This document shows positions 16,687-26,530 of a DNA stretch of 60,409 nucleotides, piece after piece. The translations under genes were made by a program, and so were the position numbers. Each line of letters begins with the position of its first letter. Within the stretch, counting starts at the first letter, position 1. The notes beneath the pieces are model-generated. The model saw only the letters and a list, made by a program, of their open reading frames with translations, did no database searches and had not been told where the DNA came from. This DNA comes from a virus (taxonomy: Duplodnaviria > Caudoviricetes): the IMG/VR virus record IMGVR_UViG_3300012929_000019, positions 1 to 60,409 of that record; one strand, 5' to 3'.

Positions 16687-18756
16687 TTACGCATTACGGA
16701 AAATCAAAGCGATATTAGCTGCTGCCTGCGCAGTGCCCGTTTGATTGATCTGCGACAAATGGAAGGGGCTCGATGTGCCTGTGATCGCGGCGCTGTACAC
16801 GCCCATCCCGCCCACCGCATTGGTTGATGTTGCAGTGTTAGAGGCAATGTCGGCGTAAGGCACAGCGGTTCCTAGATTAGTTCCACCCCACATTGACATG
16901 GTGGCTCCAAGATTAGTCGTATTCGCTCCAACGCTTGAGGTTGCCGTGATGATATTAATTCCGACGTAATATTCTCCCGGGTGAATACGCGTCGCTCCAA
17001 AGGGGATGGAGATATTGCGGATCGCACTTGCCGTCAACTGCGTTTGTCCTGCCGTATTCGACGCGTAGGAATAGGTCGTCTGCGTCGAACTGCTCATGAT
17101 GAATTGCAAAGATACCGAGTTCGCATTTTTGGTGTAAATCGCGCCATAGGCAGAGAGCGCAATGGCCGCGGTATTCGAGGTAGCTGCCGACCCACAAGAC
17201 ATGGCCACGAGCACATCAAGACGCGAAAAAACAAGCTGCACAGGAATGGATATATATTGAATCGACAATGTGGCATTACCAAGTGCCCCAATTGCTCCAA
17301 ATTCAAAGGCCGGAGGCCACACATAACGTGTCAGAGCCGGATTAACAACCGAAAGGCCATTAGTGCTGAGCGTGTATCCAAACCCAGCAGAAGCCGAAGA
17401 GCCCGTGCTAACTCCCGTACCTGCGAATTGTGTTGAGTTGTAAGAGGCAGTGAGCGTTCCCGCGCTCGCCCCCGTTGAAAGACCAAAGGTGATACCGTTG
17501 GAATCCTGGAACGTAAGTCCTGAGAGCGCGGTGCTCGCAACATCCGCCGATACATTGAGCCCACCTTGCAACGTGATCGTCTGCGCACCGCCTGCTGCGG
17601 TACTCACGGACAACGTAATATTGTTCCCACCCGCGAGCACTATCTGTCCAGCCTGCGTCCCCGTGTTACCCGACGTATTGCCTATATTCGATACGCCTAT
17701 CGATTGCGCGGGAGCGGACACCTGAATCGAGCCGTTTGAAAATCCAACCGATGCCTCTCCAAGGCCATTGAAAGAAAGTGCACTAAATGACAACACGGTC
17801 GATGAGTTCTGAGTCGTGTTGCCCAACGCAAAGAGCGATACTTGCGCGGGTACTGTATAACTTGCACTGATCCCATTTGCTCCCGAGGAACCAAAGGAAA
17901 TCCCATTCGCATTTTGAAAGGTCACGGTTCCCGAGGTGTAGGTGGTGTTCGAGACCTGCATCCCACTGATTCCCGTCTGAGCGGCAGGCGCATTCGCGCC
18001 ACTGATAGTAATCGTCTGCGCTCCGCCCGCTGCCGAACTGACCGACAGCGTGATGTTATTGACGCCTGCAAAGATTGCCTGCCCAGAGTAGGTACCCGTA
18101 TTGCCCGACGTATTACCCCCTGTCGATACGCCTAACGATTGACCTGGTGCAGAGACTTGAATCGATCCATTGGAAAATCCAACCGTTACCTCTCCAAGCC
18201 CATTGAAAGAAAGCGCATTGAGCGCCATGGCCGAGGACGAGTTCTGAGTCGTATTGCCCAACGCAAAAAGAGAAGCCTGAGTCTGAACGGAAGCCGTCAG
18301 CGTACCAACACCCGCCCCGGTGGATAGACCGAAACTGACGCCATTTGAGTTACTAAAAGTAATAGCTGAGAGCGCGTTCGATGTACCCCCGGGCGCGGAA
18401 ACGTTGAGCGCATGGGACGCTGTAATCGCCTGCCCCGCGCTTGATCCAAAACTGATGCCATTTGCATTGGAGAATGAGACGGTGCCAGAAGTATAAGTCG
18501 TGTTCGAGACGATGATCCCACTGATCGCGGTTTGCGCGCCTGCCGCATTGGGGCCCGATATGGTGACTGACATACCCCCCGCATTAGTGGATCCTGACAG
18601 AGTGATACCGTTTCCACCCGCAAGCACAATCTGATTTGACACCGTTCCCGTATTGCCCGAAGTGTTCCCTCCCGACACCCCTGCCGAGAAACTAGCTCCC
18701 CCCGTACCACCACCAACGGCACCTAAACCTACTACGCCTAGCATATTGTTCCCCAA
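16687..18756 (-). CDS. Ser/Gly/Thr/Asn-rich repeat (fibre-like) protein, paralog of 26531-30058
   Basis: Repeats F.N.NG(I/V)SFG, GNTSGNTG, GNTTQNSS; C-terminal globular domain shared with the 1175-aa protein. Confidence 0.7.
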   Translation of the reverse strand: MGNNMLGVVGLGAVGGGTGGASFSAGVSGGNTSGNTGTVSNQIVLAGGNGITLSGSTNAGGMSVTISGPNAAGAQTAISGIIVSNTTYTSGTVSFSNANGISFGSSAGQAITASHALNVSAPGGTSNALSAITFSNSNGVSFGLSTGAGVGTLTASVQTQASLFALGNTTQNSSSAMALNALSFNGLGEVTVGFSNGSIQVSAPGQSLGVSTGGNTSGNTGTYSGQAIFAGVNNITLSVSSAAGGAQTITISGANAPAAQTGISGMQVSNTTYTSGTVTFQNANGISFGSSGANGISASYTVPAQVSLFALGNTTQNSSTVLSFSALSFNGLGEASVGFSNGSIQVSAPAQSIGVSNIGNTSGNTGTQAGQIVLAGGNNITLSVSTAAGGAQTITLQGGLNVSADVASTALSGLTFQDSNGITFGLSTGASAGTLTASYNSTQFAGTGVSTGSSASAGFGYTLSTNGLSVVNPALTRYVWPPAFEFGAIGALGNATLSIQYISIPVQLVFSRLDVLVAMSCGSAATSNTAAIALSAYGAIYTKNANSVSLQFIMSSSTQTTYSYASNTAGQTQLTASAIRNISIPFGATRIHPGEYYVGINIITATSSVGANTTNLGATMSMWGGTNLGTAVPYADIASNTATSTNAVGGMGVYSAAITGTSSPFHLSQINQTGTAQAAANIALIFRNA

Positions 18757-18775
18757 ATAATCGACACAGAATCTC

Positions 18776-19078
18776 TCACGTATTCAAAATCACGGCAAGC
18801 TTATCACCGGGCACCACTACAAAATATTCAGTCTGCCCCGCGGCAAGACGCATGTTCACCGTAGTTGCTACGGGCGATGTCCCACCAATACGCACCGAGC
18901 AGATGCTGTCAGTATGCACCCGTATCAGATGGGTTTGCTGTGTGAACGCAGCACTTGCTGTTGAACCTCCCGTGTTGCTCAACGTCTGCTCTGCAAGCGG
19001 CGGACAATGCCCCGCCATGGCGCCCGAGGCCGGGCGCACGTAGATAGCTTCAAACTCAGCGATATATAAAGTCGTCAT
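18776..19078 (-). CDS. Small beta-rich hypothetical (possible virion accessory) protein
   Basis: 100 aa, GAGG RBS, co-oriented. Confidence 0.6.
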   Translation of the reverse strand: MTTLYIAEFEAIYVRPASGAMAGHCPPLAEQTLSNTGGSTASAAFTQQTHLIRVHTDSICSVRIGGTSPVATTVNMRLAAGQTEYFVVVPGDKLAVILNT

Positions 19079-19090
19079 CTCATTTTCCTC

Positions 19091-19519
19091 TTACACTTCA
19101 TCAGGGACAGCGATCACGGAATACACCGCTGTATCATAACGTTGCGCTCCACCCGATACCTGTATCCAAAAAATAACCTCTCGTGACTCCGACTGACTCT
19201 GCGCATAACCAAATGTGTTCCACGCAGCGGGCAAATTAAGCAGCGTCGATTCACCTACATCACTGATCGTCACCCAATCCTGCAACTGTACGTGATTTGT
19301 TGCATCCCACACTCTCCATTGCACGAGCACCGGTACATAGGGCATACCAAAAATATCAAGATACGCGATCTGCACGTAATAATCCGAGCGCTCAGGCACC
19401 TGTGCACGCGTTGAAACAGGCAAGAAGGTAATCAGGCTCGGGCCCGGATCAACAACTATCAGCGTCGTCTGATAGTCGTTTTGAAACGTTGAATCTTGAA
19501 AACCTCCAAAGAAACTCAT
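19091..19519 (-). CDS. Hypothetical Ig/BppU-like adaptor protein
   Basis: 142-aa beta-rich ORF; N-terminal GFQ..TFQ.D.Q repeat. Confidence 0.5.
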   Translation of the reverse strand: MSFFGGFQDSTFQNDYQTTLIVVDPGPSLITFLPVSTRAQVPERSDYYVQIAYLDIFGMPYVPVLVQWRVWDATNHVQLQDWVTISDVGESTLLNLPAAWNTFGYAQSQSESREVIFWIQVSGGAQRYDTAVYSVIAVPDEV

Positions 19520-19526
19520 AAAAATC

Positions 19527-20423
19527 TCATTGCATTAAATTCTTGGCGGAACTTTTTTGCCACACGGAACACGATAAAACCGTCATCGAGACAGTCGGAT
19601 GCGTCGAGCCAATGATGGGGCATACTCGTTTTGCATCGATTATATTCAGCATCGTAGACCCAGAGACGGGAGGTGGAACATTGTTATTCTGCGGCGTAAA
19701 TGCATTCCAGTTAATCGTCCCCACTGCCACATTATCAAAATACCAGATAGCTGAGCCTTGACTCGTTGCGGTTGCTGGAATCCAGGCGAGCCCATACGCA
19801 TGGTACTGCGCCATATCGGCTGCCACCGTGATGGGTGAAAACCCTCCTCCCCCAGTGCTCACATTATGCACTGTGGGCGTTGTATCCTCATACCAATCGT
19901 GGCCCGCAATTCCGTACTTGTTAGTGACGCCAGCATCAAACTCAAATACGTCGATTTCAACCCAATGATAATACCCCGTCGCCTGCCCAGGCCATTGCAT
20001 CCAGGAAAGCACTCCCGACAAATGCTCAATGTTCATCAACCAAAAGGATGGCCACCCAAGCCCTACGAGCGAACCATTGACAGGGGGAAATTTCAACACA
20101 CATTCAAAATATGCTCCCCCTCCAAACGCCACGCCTTGCCAATTATTAGTAAATGCGTTGTTCTGATGCGCCGAACAAACTCCGTAACCATTGCCGGGAT
20201 TACCCACACAAGTCAGCGTACCATCAGGATTTTGAGTATTCGTCCCCGCGGCATTGGTGCTAAAGAAATTGAAGTTGAGCAGATTCCCACCTAACACCGG
20301 AGCAGGACCAAAGGTCCGTGCTGTATAGCCCGCAGCAAGTGCGCCCGCAGGAATTGATCCTGCGGACGTAATGACACTGTTCGCATTCAAGACCTGTGAA
20401 ACAATGGGACCTAAAGCCGGCAT
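19527..20423 (-). CDS. GH16-like glycoside hydrolase (concanavalin A fold)
   Basis: YFE...WPSFWLM...WVEIDVFE catalytic E-x-D-x-x-E motif; YHAYGLAW.P....WYFDN. Confidence 0.8.
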   Translation of the reverse strand: MPALGPIVSQVLNANSVITSAGSIPAGALAAGYTARTFGPAPVLGGNLLNFNFFSTNAAGTNTQNPDGTLTCVGNPGNGYGVCSAHQNNAFTNNWQGVAFGGGAYFECVLKFPPVNGSLVGLGWPSFWLMNIEHLSGVLSWMQWPGQATGYYHWVEIDVFEFDAGVTNKYGIAGHDWYEDTTPTVHNVSTGGGGFSPITVAADMAQYHAYGLAWIPATATSQGSAIWYFDNVAVGTINWNAFTPQNNNVPPPVSGSTMLNIIDAKRVCPIIGSTHPTVSMTVLSCSVWQKSSAKNLMQ

Positions 20424-20426
20424 AAA

Positions 20427-22280
20427 TCAGAGCCCCGTGCGTTGAAGCGTGAAGCCGCAGTCAGCGATCGTAAAGCCCGTTGAAGAGGCATTCTTGCTCG
20501 TACAAGCCATGCGCAAGCGCCAGCGAAAAGTTTCATAACCCAATATCCATATGTTGGTAATAGTGGAGGAAGCATAGGCCCCGGACGCGGCGTACGAATC
20601 CACGGTCTTGGCACTAGGCGCCAAATTGAACCCATCATAGAGATAGATCGAGAAAATCCCATTCGCGGGCCCCGTCTGATAGTTCAGGTTGAGCGTATAG
20701 GTTCCAGGAGGCGCCGTCACATCGTACTCGATGAAATCCCCACTTACCGCACTCGTGTTCGTCCTAATCGATCCATTAGGCGCTCCTGCCGTCGCCACGA
20801 TCGCCCACGTGCCGCCGGTCTTCGCCTCATTGACCACCGCATTCCCCTGCCCAGAAGCTAAGGCAAGAGGATAGTTTCTATACGTCCATGCATCATCATT
20901 ATTCCAGTATGGGGGTTGTCCATAGCGACTACCTAGAACCGGATGCGCGTAGGGGCCATCATTATGCACCGGAGTCGGCAGGAGCGGCGTTACCATCAAT
21001 TGATAGCTAGGCGTGCGGTTATTACATCCTTCATAAAAAAGGTATGACACACCATTCGGGCCCGTGCACACATAAGGGTCCGCGATCTGATCGAACTCGA
21101 AAAAATGTGCACGCTTCATCAGCGCTGGATTACCTAGAAATAATCCGTTGACCTGAGCCACCGCGGTCGGCGTTCCTGTGACCGCGGTCGACCAAGTAAC
21201 CGTGGTCGAATTAAAGGTGTAAGTCATCGAAATGACTTGCCCGGTAGAGAGCGTAGTATTGTAATTACCACCCTTCGCCGGAAACTGAAGGGACAAGGTC
21301 CCAGGGCCCGTGCCCGAAGGAGGAACGGTGAAGATTTCTGGGATCAAAGGCAATTGCGTTATGGTCCAGGTGTCGGTTGCGATATTCGCGAGCGGAATCG
21401 TGGCACGAAAAATATCATCAGGGAACGCGCGTGAGTAGGTACTACCATGATAGTACATCACGGCATTCGAGCCTACGATCTTCACATCCGCACCACTACA
21501 CGAGCCGTTGGGGCTGGGCCTGATCGAAGACACCTGCCCGTAGCCCAACACGAAAGTACCATTGACCGTCGCGCACGTCAGCATGGCGATCTGGAATGAA
21601 CTCGTACTGCCCTCCACAGGGAATACGTTGCCCCACAATGACTCTTGAAACATGTAATACGTGCCCGCTACCTTTACCACGCAGCAATTCCCATTTGCCG
21701 ACCCACCGCCTACAACGCCCGTAAACACTGTGGTCGGGGCTGAGAACACGGGTCCAGAACTCGGGCTGAATACCAAGGGCGCGGCAGCCACGCGAATATT
21801 TTTACTCGATAGTTCGATGTAATAAATATAGATCGTCCCACCTTCGATATATACGTAGCTGTGCGCACAGGTCCCCGCCTGTCCGCCCGTGCCGGCCCCT
21901 AAGACCACGAACGGTGTTGACCAATTAGACGGCACCGTAGGGTCAGTCGAGTTGTACATGTAAGAGATCGTCGAGCCGCCGTTGGTGAAGGTCGCATTGT
22001 AGACGCCATTCGCGTACCACACGGACAGCTCCTGTCCGTTAAGCCCTAAGGGATAACGATCTGAGGCCGCAGAAGATATCGAGTAAGTACTGATATCTCC
22101 CGTGCCTTCCGTCAACGGATAAGACCACGTCACCCCATTGCTCCACACAGGCCCTACGTCCGACGTGTAAGCCGGATATCCTACGTAATTCGCCGCAGGA
22201 AAATTCGCAACGAGCTGATCATACGTTTGCACCGTCGGGATCGGAACCCCAGAAGCAACGCCCACCAATGCTGATACCAT
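20427..22280 (-). CDS. Five-bladed beta-propeller glycoside hydrolase-like protein (GH43/GH32 type) with C-terminal CBM-like domain
   Basis: Blade repeats (IYIYY, YYMFQE, VMYYHG, IADPYV...SYLFYEG); C-terminal GDFIEY.V....GTYTL.L.Y..GP.NG jelly-roll. Confidence 0.6.
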   Translation of the reverse strand: MVSALVGVASGVPIPTVQTYDQLVANFPAANYVGYPAYTSDVGPVWSNGVTWSYPLTEGTGDISTYSISSAASDRYPLGLNGQELSVWYANGVYNATFTNGGSTISYMYNSTDPTVPSNWSTPFVVLGAGTGGQAGTCAHSYVYIEGGTIYIYYIELSSKNIRVAAAPLVFSPSSGPVFSAPTTVFTGVVGGGSANGNCCVVKVAGTYYMFQESLWGNVFPVEGSTSSFQIAMLTCATVNGTFVLGYGQVSSIRPSPNGSCSGADVKIVGSNAVMYYHGSTYSRAFPDDIFRATIPLANIATDTWTITQLPLIPEIFTVPPSGTGPGTLSLQFPAKGGNYNTTLSTGQVISMTYTFNSTTVTWSTAVTGTPTAVAQVNGLFLGNPALMKRAHFFEFDQIADPYVCTGPNGVSYLFYEGCNNRTPSYQLMVTPLLPTPVHNDGPYAHPVLGSRYGQPPYWNNDDAWTYRNYPLALASGQGNAVVNEAKTGGTWAIVATAGAPNGSIRTNTSAVSGDFIEYDVTAPPGTYTLNLNYQTGPANGIFSIYLYDGFNLAPSAKTVDSYAASGAYASSTITNIWILGYETFRWRLRMACTSKNASSTGFTIADCGFTLQRTGL

Positions 22281-22295
22281 AAAAATTTCCTCTCT

Positions 22296-22934
22296 TTACT
22301 TCTTCGCGGTCAGCGTGCAGTGAATGTCCTGGCACGCCTCTTTGTAATTCGACATCGCAAAATTCTGATACTCCGTATTGCGCGTCGTCAGATCGCCCCT
22401 CATCCCATAGCCGTAGGTAAAGAGGAGATCGCAGCAGTAGCCATCCAGGTTCCACTCGATATCGTTATCGGGCGCATTCACCTTGCGCCAATCCTTCGAT
22501 AGGTACCAGAAAAACATCTCGCCCACGGGGGGCCACTGATGAGTGAAGTCTCCATACGCGCGCGAGGAGCACCAATGAGGCGTGATGATTTTCGCTTTCC
22601 CATCGGGGACGAGCACGCGCCATAGCTCATTCATGAACTTTACTCGTTGCAACCCTGTGAGGTGCTCGAGGAAATGCGAGCAATGGATTTCCGTCACGCT
22701 ACTCTCAGCTAAATTATAAAAAAATCGTTTCCCTTCTACAGGCGCGTATTTATCTAGAAACTCCTCATCAAATTGCCATGTATCAGCGGTTAAATCCGTT
22801 ATCGCATCCACGCCCTCGAACTTGCGCCGATCGATGCCTAAGAACCCCGCGGCCTTATTTTTGCCACAGCCCAGATCAAGCTTGATTACCGGACGCTCAA
22901 CCGCTTCCTCTTTCGCTAACTTGTGTTCACTCAT
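22296..22934 (-). CDS. Class I SAM-dependent methyltransferase
   Basis: KLDLGCG, SHFLEHL, ELWRVL.P.G...I.TPH. Confidence 0.85.
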   Translation of the reverse strand: MSEHKLAKEEAVERPVIKLDLGCGKNKAAGFLGIDRRKFEGVDAITDLTADTWQFDEEFLDKYAPVEGKRFFYNLAESSVTEIHCSHFLEHLTGLQRVKFMNELWRVLVPDGKAKIITPHWCSSRAYGDFTHQWPPVGEMFFWYLSKDWRKVNAPDNDIEWNLDGYCCDLLFTYGYGMRGDLTTRNTEYQNFAMSNYKEACQDIHCTLTAKK

Positions 22935-22968
22935 TTTTTCATCGTCCTTTGTTTAAAGTAATCCGGTC

Positions 22969-23211
22969 TCAGGCCTTCGGCACCTGCGTGATATCGACAT
23001 ACACCATCTGTCCTGGAAGCACCTGGCCCATGGCAGGAGGATTGTTGACGGTAAAATTCAGGCGCCCTTGCGGCGTCCATTTCGACCACTGCTTATTTTC
23101 ATCTGTGTCCCCATAGACTGCTATCAGCTCGATTTCCTCCGACTGAATATTACCTTCCTGATCCGCGATCCGCTTCACCGAATTCACTGACATCTTTAAT
23201 CGTAAGCTCAT
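22969..23211 (-). CDS. Hypothetical protein
   Basis: 80 aa; EN..WS.WTP.G.L...V.NP motif; AAGGAG RBS. Confidence 0.65.
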   Translation of the reverse strand: MSLRLKMSVNSVKRIADQEGNIQSEEIELIAVYGDTDENKQWSKWTPQGRLNFTVNNPPAMGQVLPGQMVYVDITQVPKA

Positions 23212-23229
23212 TTCATTTCTCCTTTAAGT

Positions 23230-23811
23230 TTAAATCGTCGGCGCATTGTTCTGCGCACAACAGGCTGTACCAAACGTCCTAAAATCACCGCGCCCGCAAT
23301 ACAATTCGCGGCCCCTGCTATCGGGCTCAAACGCCGCACTAGCATACCCGCACTTATGGCATCCGAACCCTATCCCATCTTTCGCTACCCCATACACCGC
23401 CACATCGGCGGATTTCTGATACAACGGCATCTCAGGGTCGCCCGCACACAAATTTTCCCAATCCCCGCAGCTCCCCGCCTCACGAGATATCTCCAATGGA
23501 TCAATCGGATCACCGTTTTCATTCACGAGTAAGCATTCCTGATCATCGGCTTGATTGCACCGCCCGCAATTATATCGACCCTGCTCATCATACGTGCGGG
23601 TAAGCCCCGTGTAGGGATCAGCAAATTTAAAATGCGCAGCAAAGCGGTCACGATTATGTTGCTCTATCAATTCCCGTTCAGGACCTACCTTCGTCGGCTG
23701 TACGAAATTCCCATCCTTCATGGACGGCCTCAGTATCAGCCGTACGGGCGCCCCTCCCGCCTTTAAGGCCTTCGCTATCCTGTCCGCCATCACCGTGTAT
23801 TCTGCTTGCAT
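23230..23811 (-). CDS. Cys-rich protein with two HiPIP-like CxxC...C...C units
   Basis: CGRC-x7-C...GSCGDW and CHKC...C...ACC. Confidence 0.55.
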   Translation of the reverse strand: MQAEYTVMADRIAKALKAGGAPVRLILRPSMKDGNFVQPTKVGPERELIEQHNRDRFAAHFKFADPYTGLTRTYDEQGRYNCGRCNQADDQECLLVNENGDPIDPLEISREAGSCGDWENLCAGDPEMPLYQKSADVAVYGVAKDGIGFGCHKCGYASAAFEPDSRGRELYCGRGDFRTFGTACCAQNNAPTI

Positions 23812-23817
23812 TCCGTG

Positions 23818-24549
23818 TCACCACATCATATCAGGGGTGCCGAATTGGCCTAAGAGATCGTAATGCCCCACCTTCACCGCGCAATCGATCGCGCAGCGAT
23901 AACCGTGCTTGCGCGCATCGCCCCAGAAATACAGGTCCTGTGTACTAACGCCGTCTTTGGTCTGCGTCTTGAACCACGGCTTACGCAACGCCGGGTCCTT
24001 GAACATCGACAAACGAAACAGATTGAAGCCCATGCCCGTACCACAACACTCCACCAATCCACCATTGGGGTCGGGGGGTTGAGGACGAAAGTTCAGAATG
24101 GGATCCTTCACATCACCCCATATCTGTGCCACACCCGCCTCGCCCTTTGTGTAATACAACCCCCCGACACACGCTAACTCAGGATGATTTTCCAATTGCT
24201 CCACAAGCCTGATCACGCCATCTGAGGGCGGGCAGTTATCATGCTCGATGGTCAACATAAATTCCCATTGACTCAAGTCCGGGTGCGCGAGGATCCCCTC
24301 CAGCGCGCTCGTGTAAGCATCTCCGACCTCCATGCCTTGCGCGAGAATACGGACCACCCCATTATTCGGCGGGAACGCCAGATTCCAATGCGAGAGTGCG
24401 ACCTTCGCGGGGATCGAATCCGCCGCGGGCAGCACCACGATGATGCGCTGCTTTTTCCACGAGCCGCCTTTTAGCAAGCGCGCGGACGCTTTATGCACAT
24501 CTTTGTTATGCTCGCCCCCGAAATCGGCAATTACTAACTGTGGTTTCAT
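23818..24549 (-). CDS. GT-A fold (GT2-like) glycosyltransferase
   Basis: FMLTIEHDN (DxD-equivalent), VGGLYY, GTGMGF.LF, QDLYF...AR..GY....D..VKVGH. Confidence 0.8.
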   Translation of the reverse strand: MKPQLVIADFGGEHNKDVHKASARLLKGGSWKKQRIIVVLPAADSIPAKVALSHWNLAFPPNNGVVRILAQGMEVGDAYTSALEGILAHPDLSQWEFMLTIEHDNCPPSDGVIRLVEQLENHPELACVGGLYYTKGEAGVAQIWGDVKDPILNFRPQPPDPNGGLVECCGTGMGFNLFRLSMFKDPALRKPWFKTQTKDGVSTQDLYFWGDARKHGYRCAIDCAVKVGHYDLLGQFGTPDMMW

Positions 24550-24569
24550 TTCAAATCCTCATTCATTTA

Positions 24570-26528
24570 TTAATGATGCACCGCGCCCCAGTCCCAGGTA
24601 GGAGACCATCGCGTGCCCAATGCATCGAAGATCACAGGAACCGCAACACCGCCCGTGAAATTCACGGTAGGCTTAAAATCAGAGATGATATTCAAACCCC
24701 CACTACCATTCGTGAAGGCGGGGTTGTTGCTCGTCGTCACTGTATTATTTGCGACCGTATTGCCTGAACCCGAATTACCGATCGTGCTCGACAAATAGAT
24801 GAGCGTGTTTTGCGCGACGCTATTATTCGCCGCAGAGGAAATTCCACTACCGCCCAACGAACCACAACCTCCGTTGTAGCACGTGTTGTTGTAGAATTCA
24901 TTGTATTGGGGATACGCCGCAAGAATGGGCGCGGTGGTCGTGCCCGAGCCTGAGCAGGTGCTGCCTGAAGTATTATTACTCGTGCCTTGGAATCCTCGAT
25001 TGCCTAACGACGCACCCGAGGCCTTGAAGATATTATCCCTGACCGTGCCATTTTGCACACCAAAGAGCAACTGATGGCCGCTCGTCGAGGGCGCAAAAAT
25101 ATTGCGCTCAACGATGACGTTTCGGAGTCGCTCATCAGTGACTTGATTCTGCGCGATCATATCAACGAGCTCGGCTCCCGATGTACCCCCCGCGAAATTA
25201 TCAGAAAATATGATGTTTTCGGTATACTGCCCAATCCACTCACAGGACGTATTTTTGGTGTTACCGCTATGGAACTTGAACACCGAGCCCACGCTATTCG
25301 CATTCAGAAAATCGTTATCTGAGAACACGCACATACGGCACGCCGACACGCGCACAGGCTCTACGCCGCCCGCACCCGATGCGCCCGTGCCATCATAATG
25401 TCCCCCGAGCATGGCGGTGTAGAGAGAAGACACAAAAGTCGCACACGGATAAACCGAACTCCCCGTCGTGCAATTGTTCTGCGCATAATTGACGAAGGTA
25501 CCTTGCTGCGTACCAATGTTATTCATGCGCAATTGGATATAACCCATCTCGGTCGCTTGCGCGACATAGAAACTCGTATTGGTCGCATTCGACCAGAGAT
25601 TATTGAGCGTGATACGTTGAGTTGCCGTATAGGGCGGATCATAGGCGTTATTGATAAGCACCATCGCAGATGCGCCCGTGTTGCCCACGAGGTCCAACAC
25701 GCGCCCATCACTCGCCGTCGTGTCGATGCTAATCGTTCCGCTCAATTGCGGAAAGGTCGCTTGATTCACAACGGTAATAAGCGTGTTAGCACAGGCGCCA
25801 TACGCACCAATCGACCATTTAGCAACGACGCCTACATTTGAATTACCCGTGAAACTATCACCGCACTTGTAAAGCACTTGCTGGCCCGCGCTGGGCACAT
25901 GGGTCGTTGAGCTTGTGGTTTGCGTAGCCCCCGCAGGACAACCTGAGCCCACCGTCGAATTAAAATAGCAAGTGGTCGCCGTGTTGGGGAATCCATTGGA
26001 GCTAATTGGATCATAAGCCGTGATTGTAGTTGTGCAGCTTGCTGTATTGCCCGCCTGATCAGTAGCTGTGACCTGCGCTGTGTACAGCGTATCTGAACCC
26101 TGCGTGACATACAAATGCGCTGCCACGCCCCCCGTCGCCACATTACGGCTGTTGCCATTCGGGTTTGAGCCATAAGCCCAGGTCGAAGTTCCTGAAGAAC
26201 CACTGTCGCCAAAATTCCATGAATAGGTCACATCCTGAAATGCCGTCATGTTGCCTGTCACGGTCGAGTCAGTGCTCGCGGTCGCATCGAAAAAGACCAA
26301 GAGAGGTGAAACACCCGTGGAACGGGGATTGCTCACGCTAAGAGTAATGGGGCCCGACGTAACAGGACAAGGGGACGAGGGCGGCGGGTTGATGCACACG
26401 AGCTGCCCATTAAACTCAATGGGCGTTCCCCCCAGCGCAAAACAAAACGCGCCCGCAAGGCATGCGGAGGAGAAAAACGCAAGCAGGGGCGCTATTGACA
26501 ATGTAAACCAAGAGCGAAATAGTTTCAT
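24570..26528 (-). CDS. Exported PKD-domain plus parallel beta-helix (pectate lyase-like) protein
   Basis: N-terminal signal peptide; PL.VFFDA..S...YSWNFGD...H.Y PKD motif; beta-helix repeats (NIIFSDN, NVIVERNIF, FYNNTCY). Confidence 0.7.
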   Translation of the reverse strand: MKLFRSWFTLSIAPLLAFFSSACLAGAFCFALGGTPIEFNGQLVCINPPPSSPCPVTSGPITLSVSNPRSTGVSPLLVFFDATASTDSTVTGNMTAFQDVTYSWNFGDSGSSGTSTWAYGSNPNGNSRNVATGGVAAHLYVTQGSDTLYTAQVTATDQAGNTASCTTTITAYDPISSNGFPNTATTCYFNSTVGSGCPAGATQTTSSTTHVPSAGQQVLYKCGDSFTGNSNVGVVAKWSIGAYGACANTLITVVNQATFPQLSGTISIDTTASDGRVLDLVGNTGASAMVLINNAYDPPYTATQRITLNNLWSNATNTSFYVAQATEMGYIQLRMNNIGTQQGTFVNYAQNNCTTGSSVYPCATFVSSLYTAMLGGHYDGTGASGAGGVEPVRVSACRMCVFSDNDFLNANSVGSVFKFHSGNTKNTSCEWIGQYTENIIFSDNFAGGTSGAELVDMIAQNQVTDERLRNVIVERNIFAPSTSGHQLLFGVQNGTVRDNIFKASGASLGNRGFQGTSNNTSGSTCSGSGTTTAPILAAYPQYNEFYNNTCYNGGCGSLGGSGISSAANNSVAQNTLIYLSSTIGNSGSGNTVANNTVTTSNNPAFTNGSGGLNIISDFKPTVNFTGGVAVPVIFDALGTRWSPTWDWGAVHH

Positions 26529-26530
26529 GG

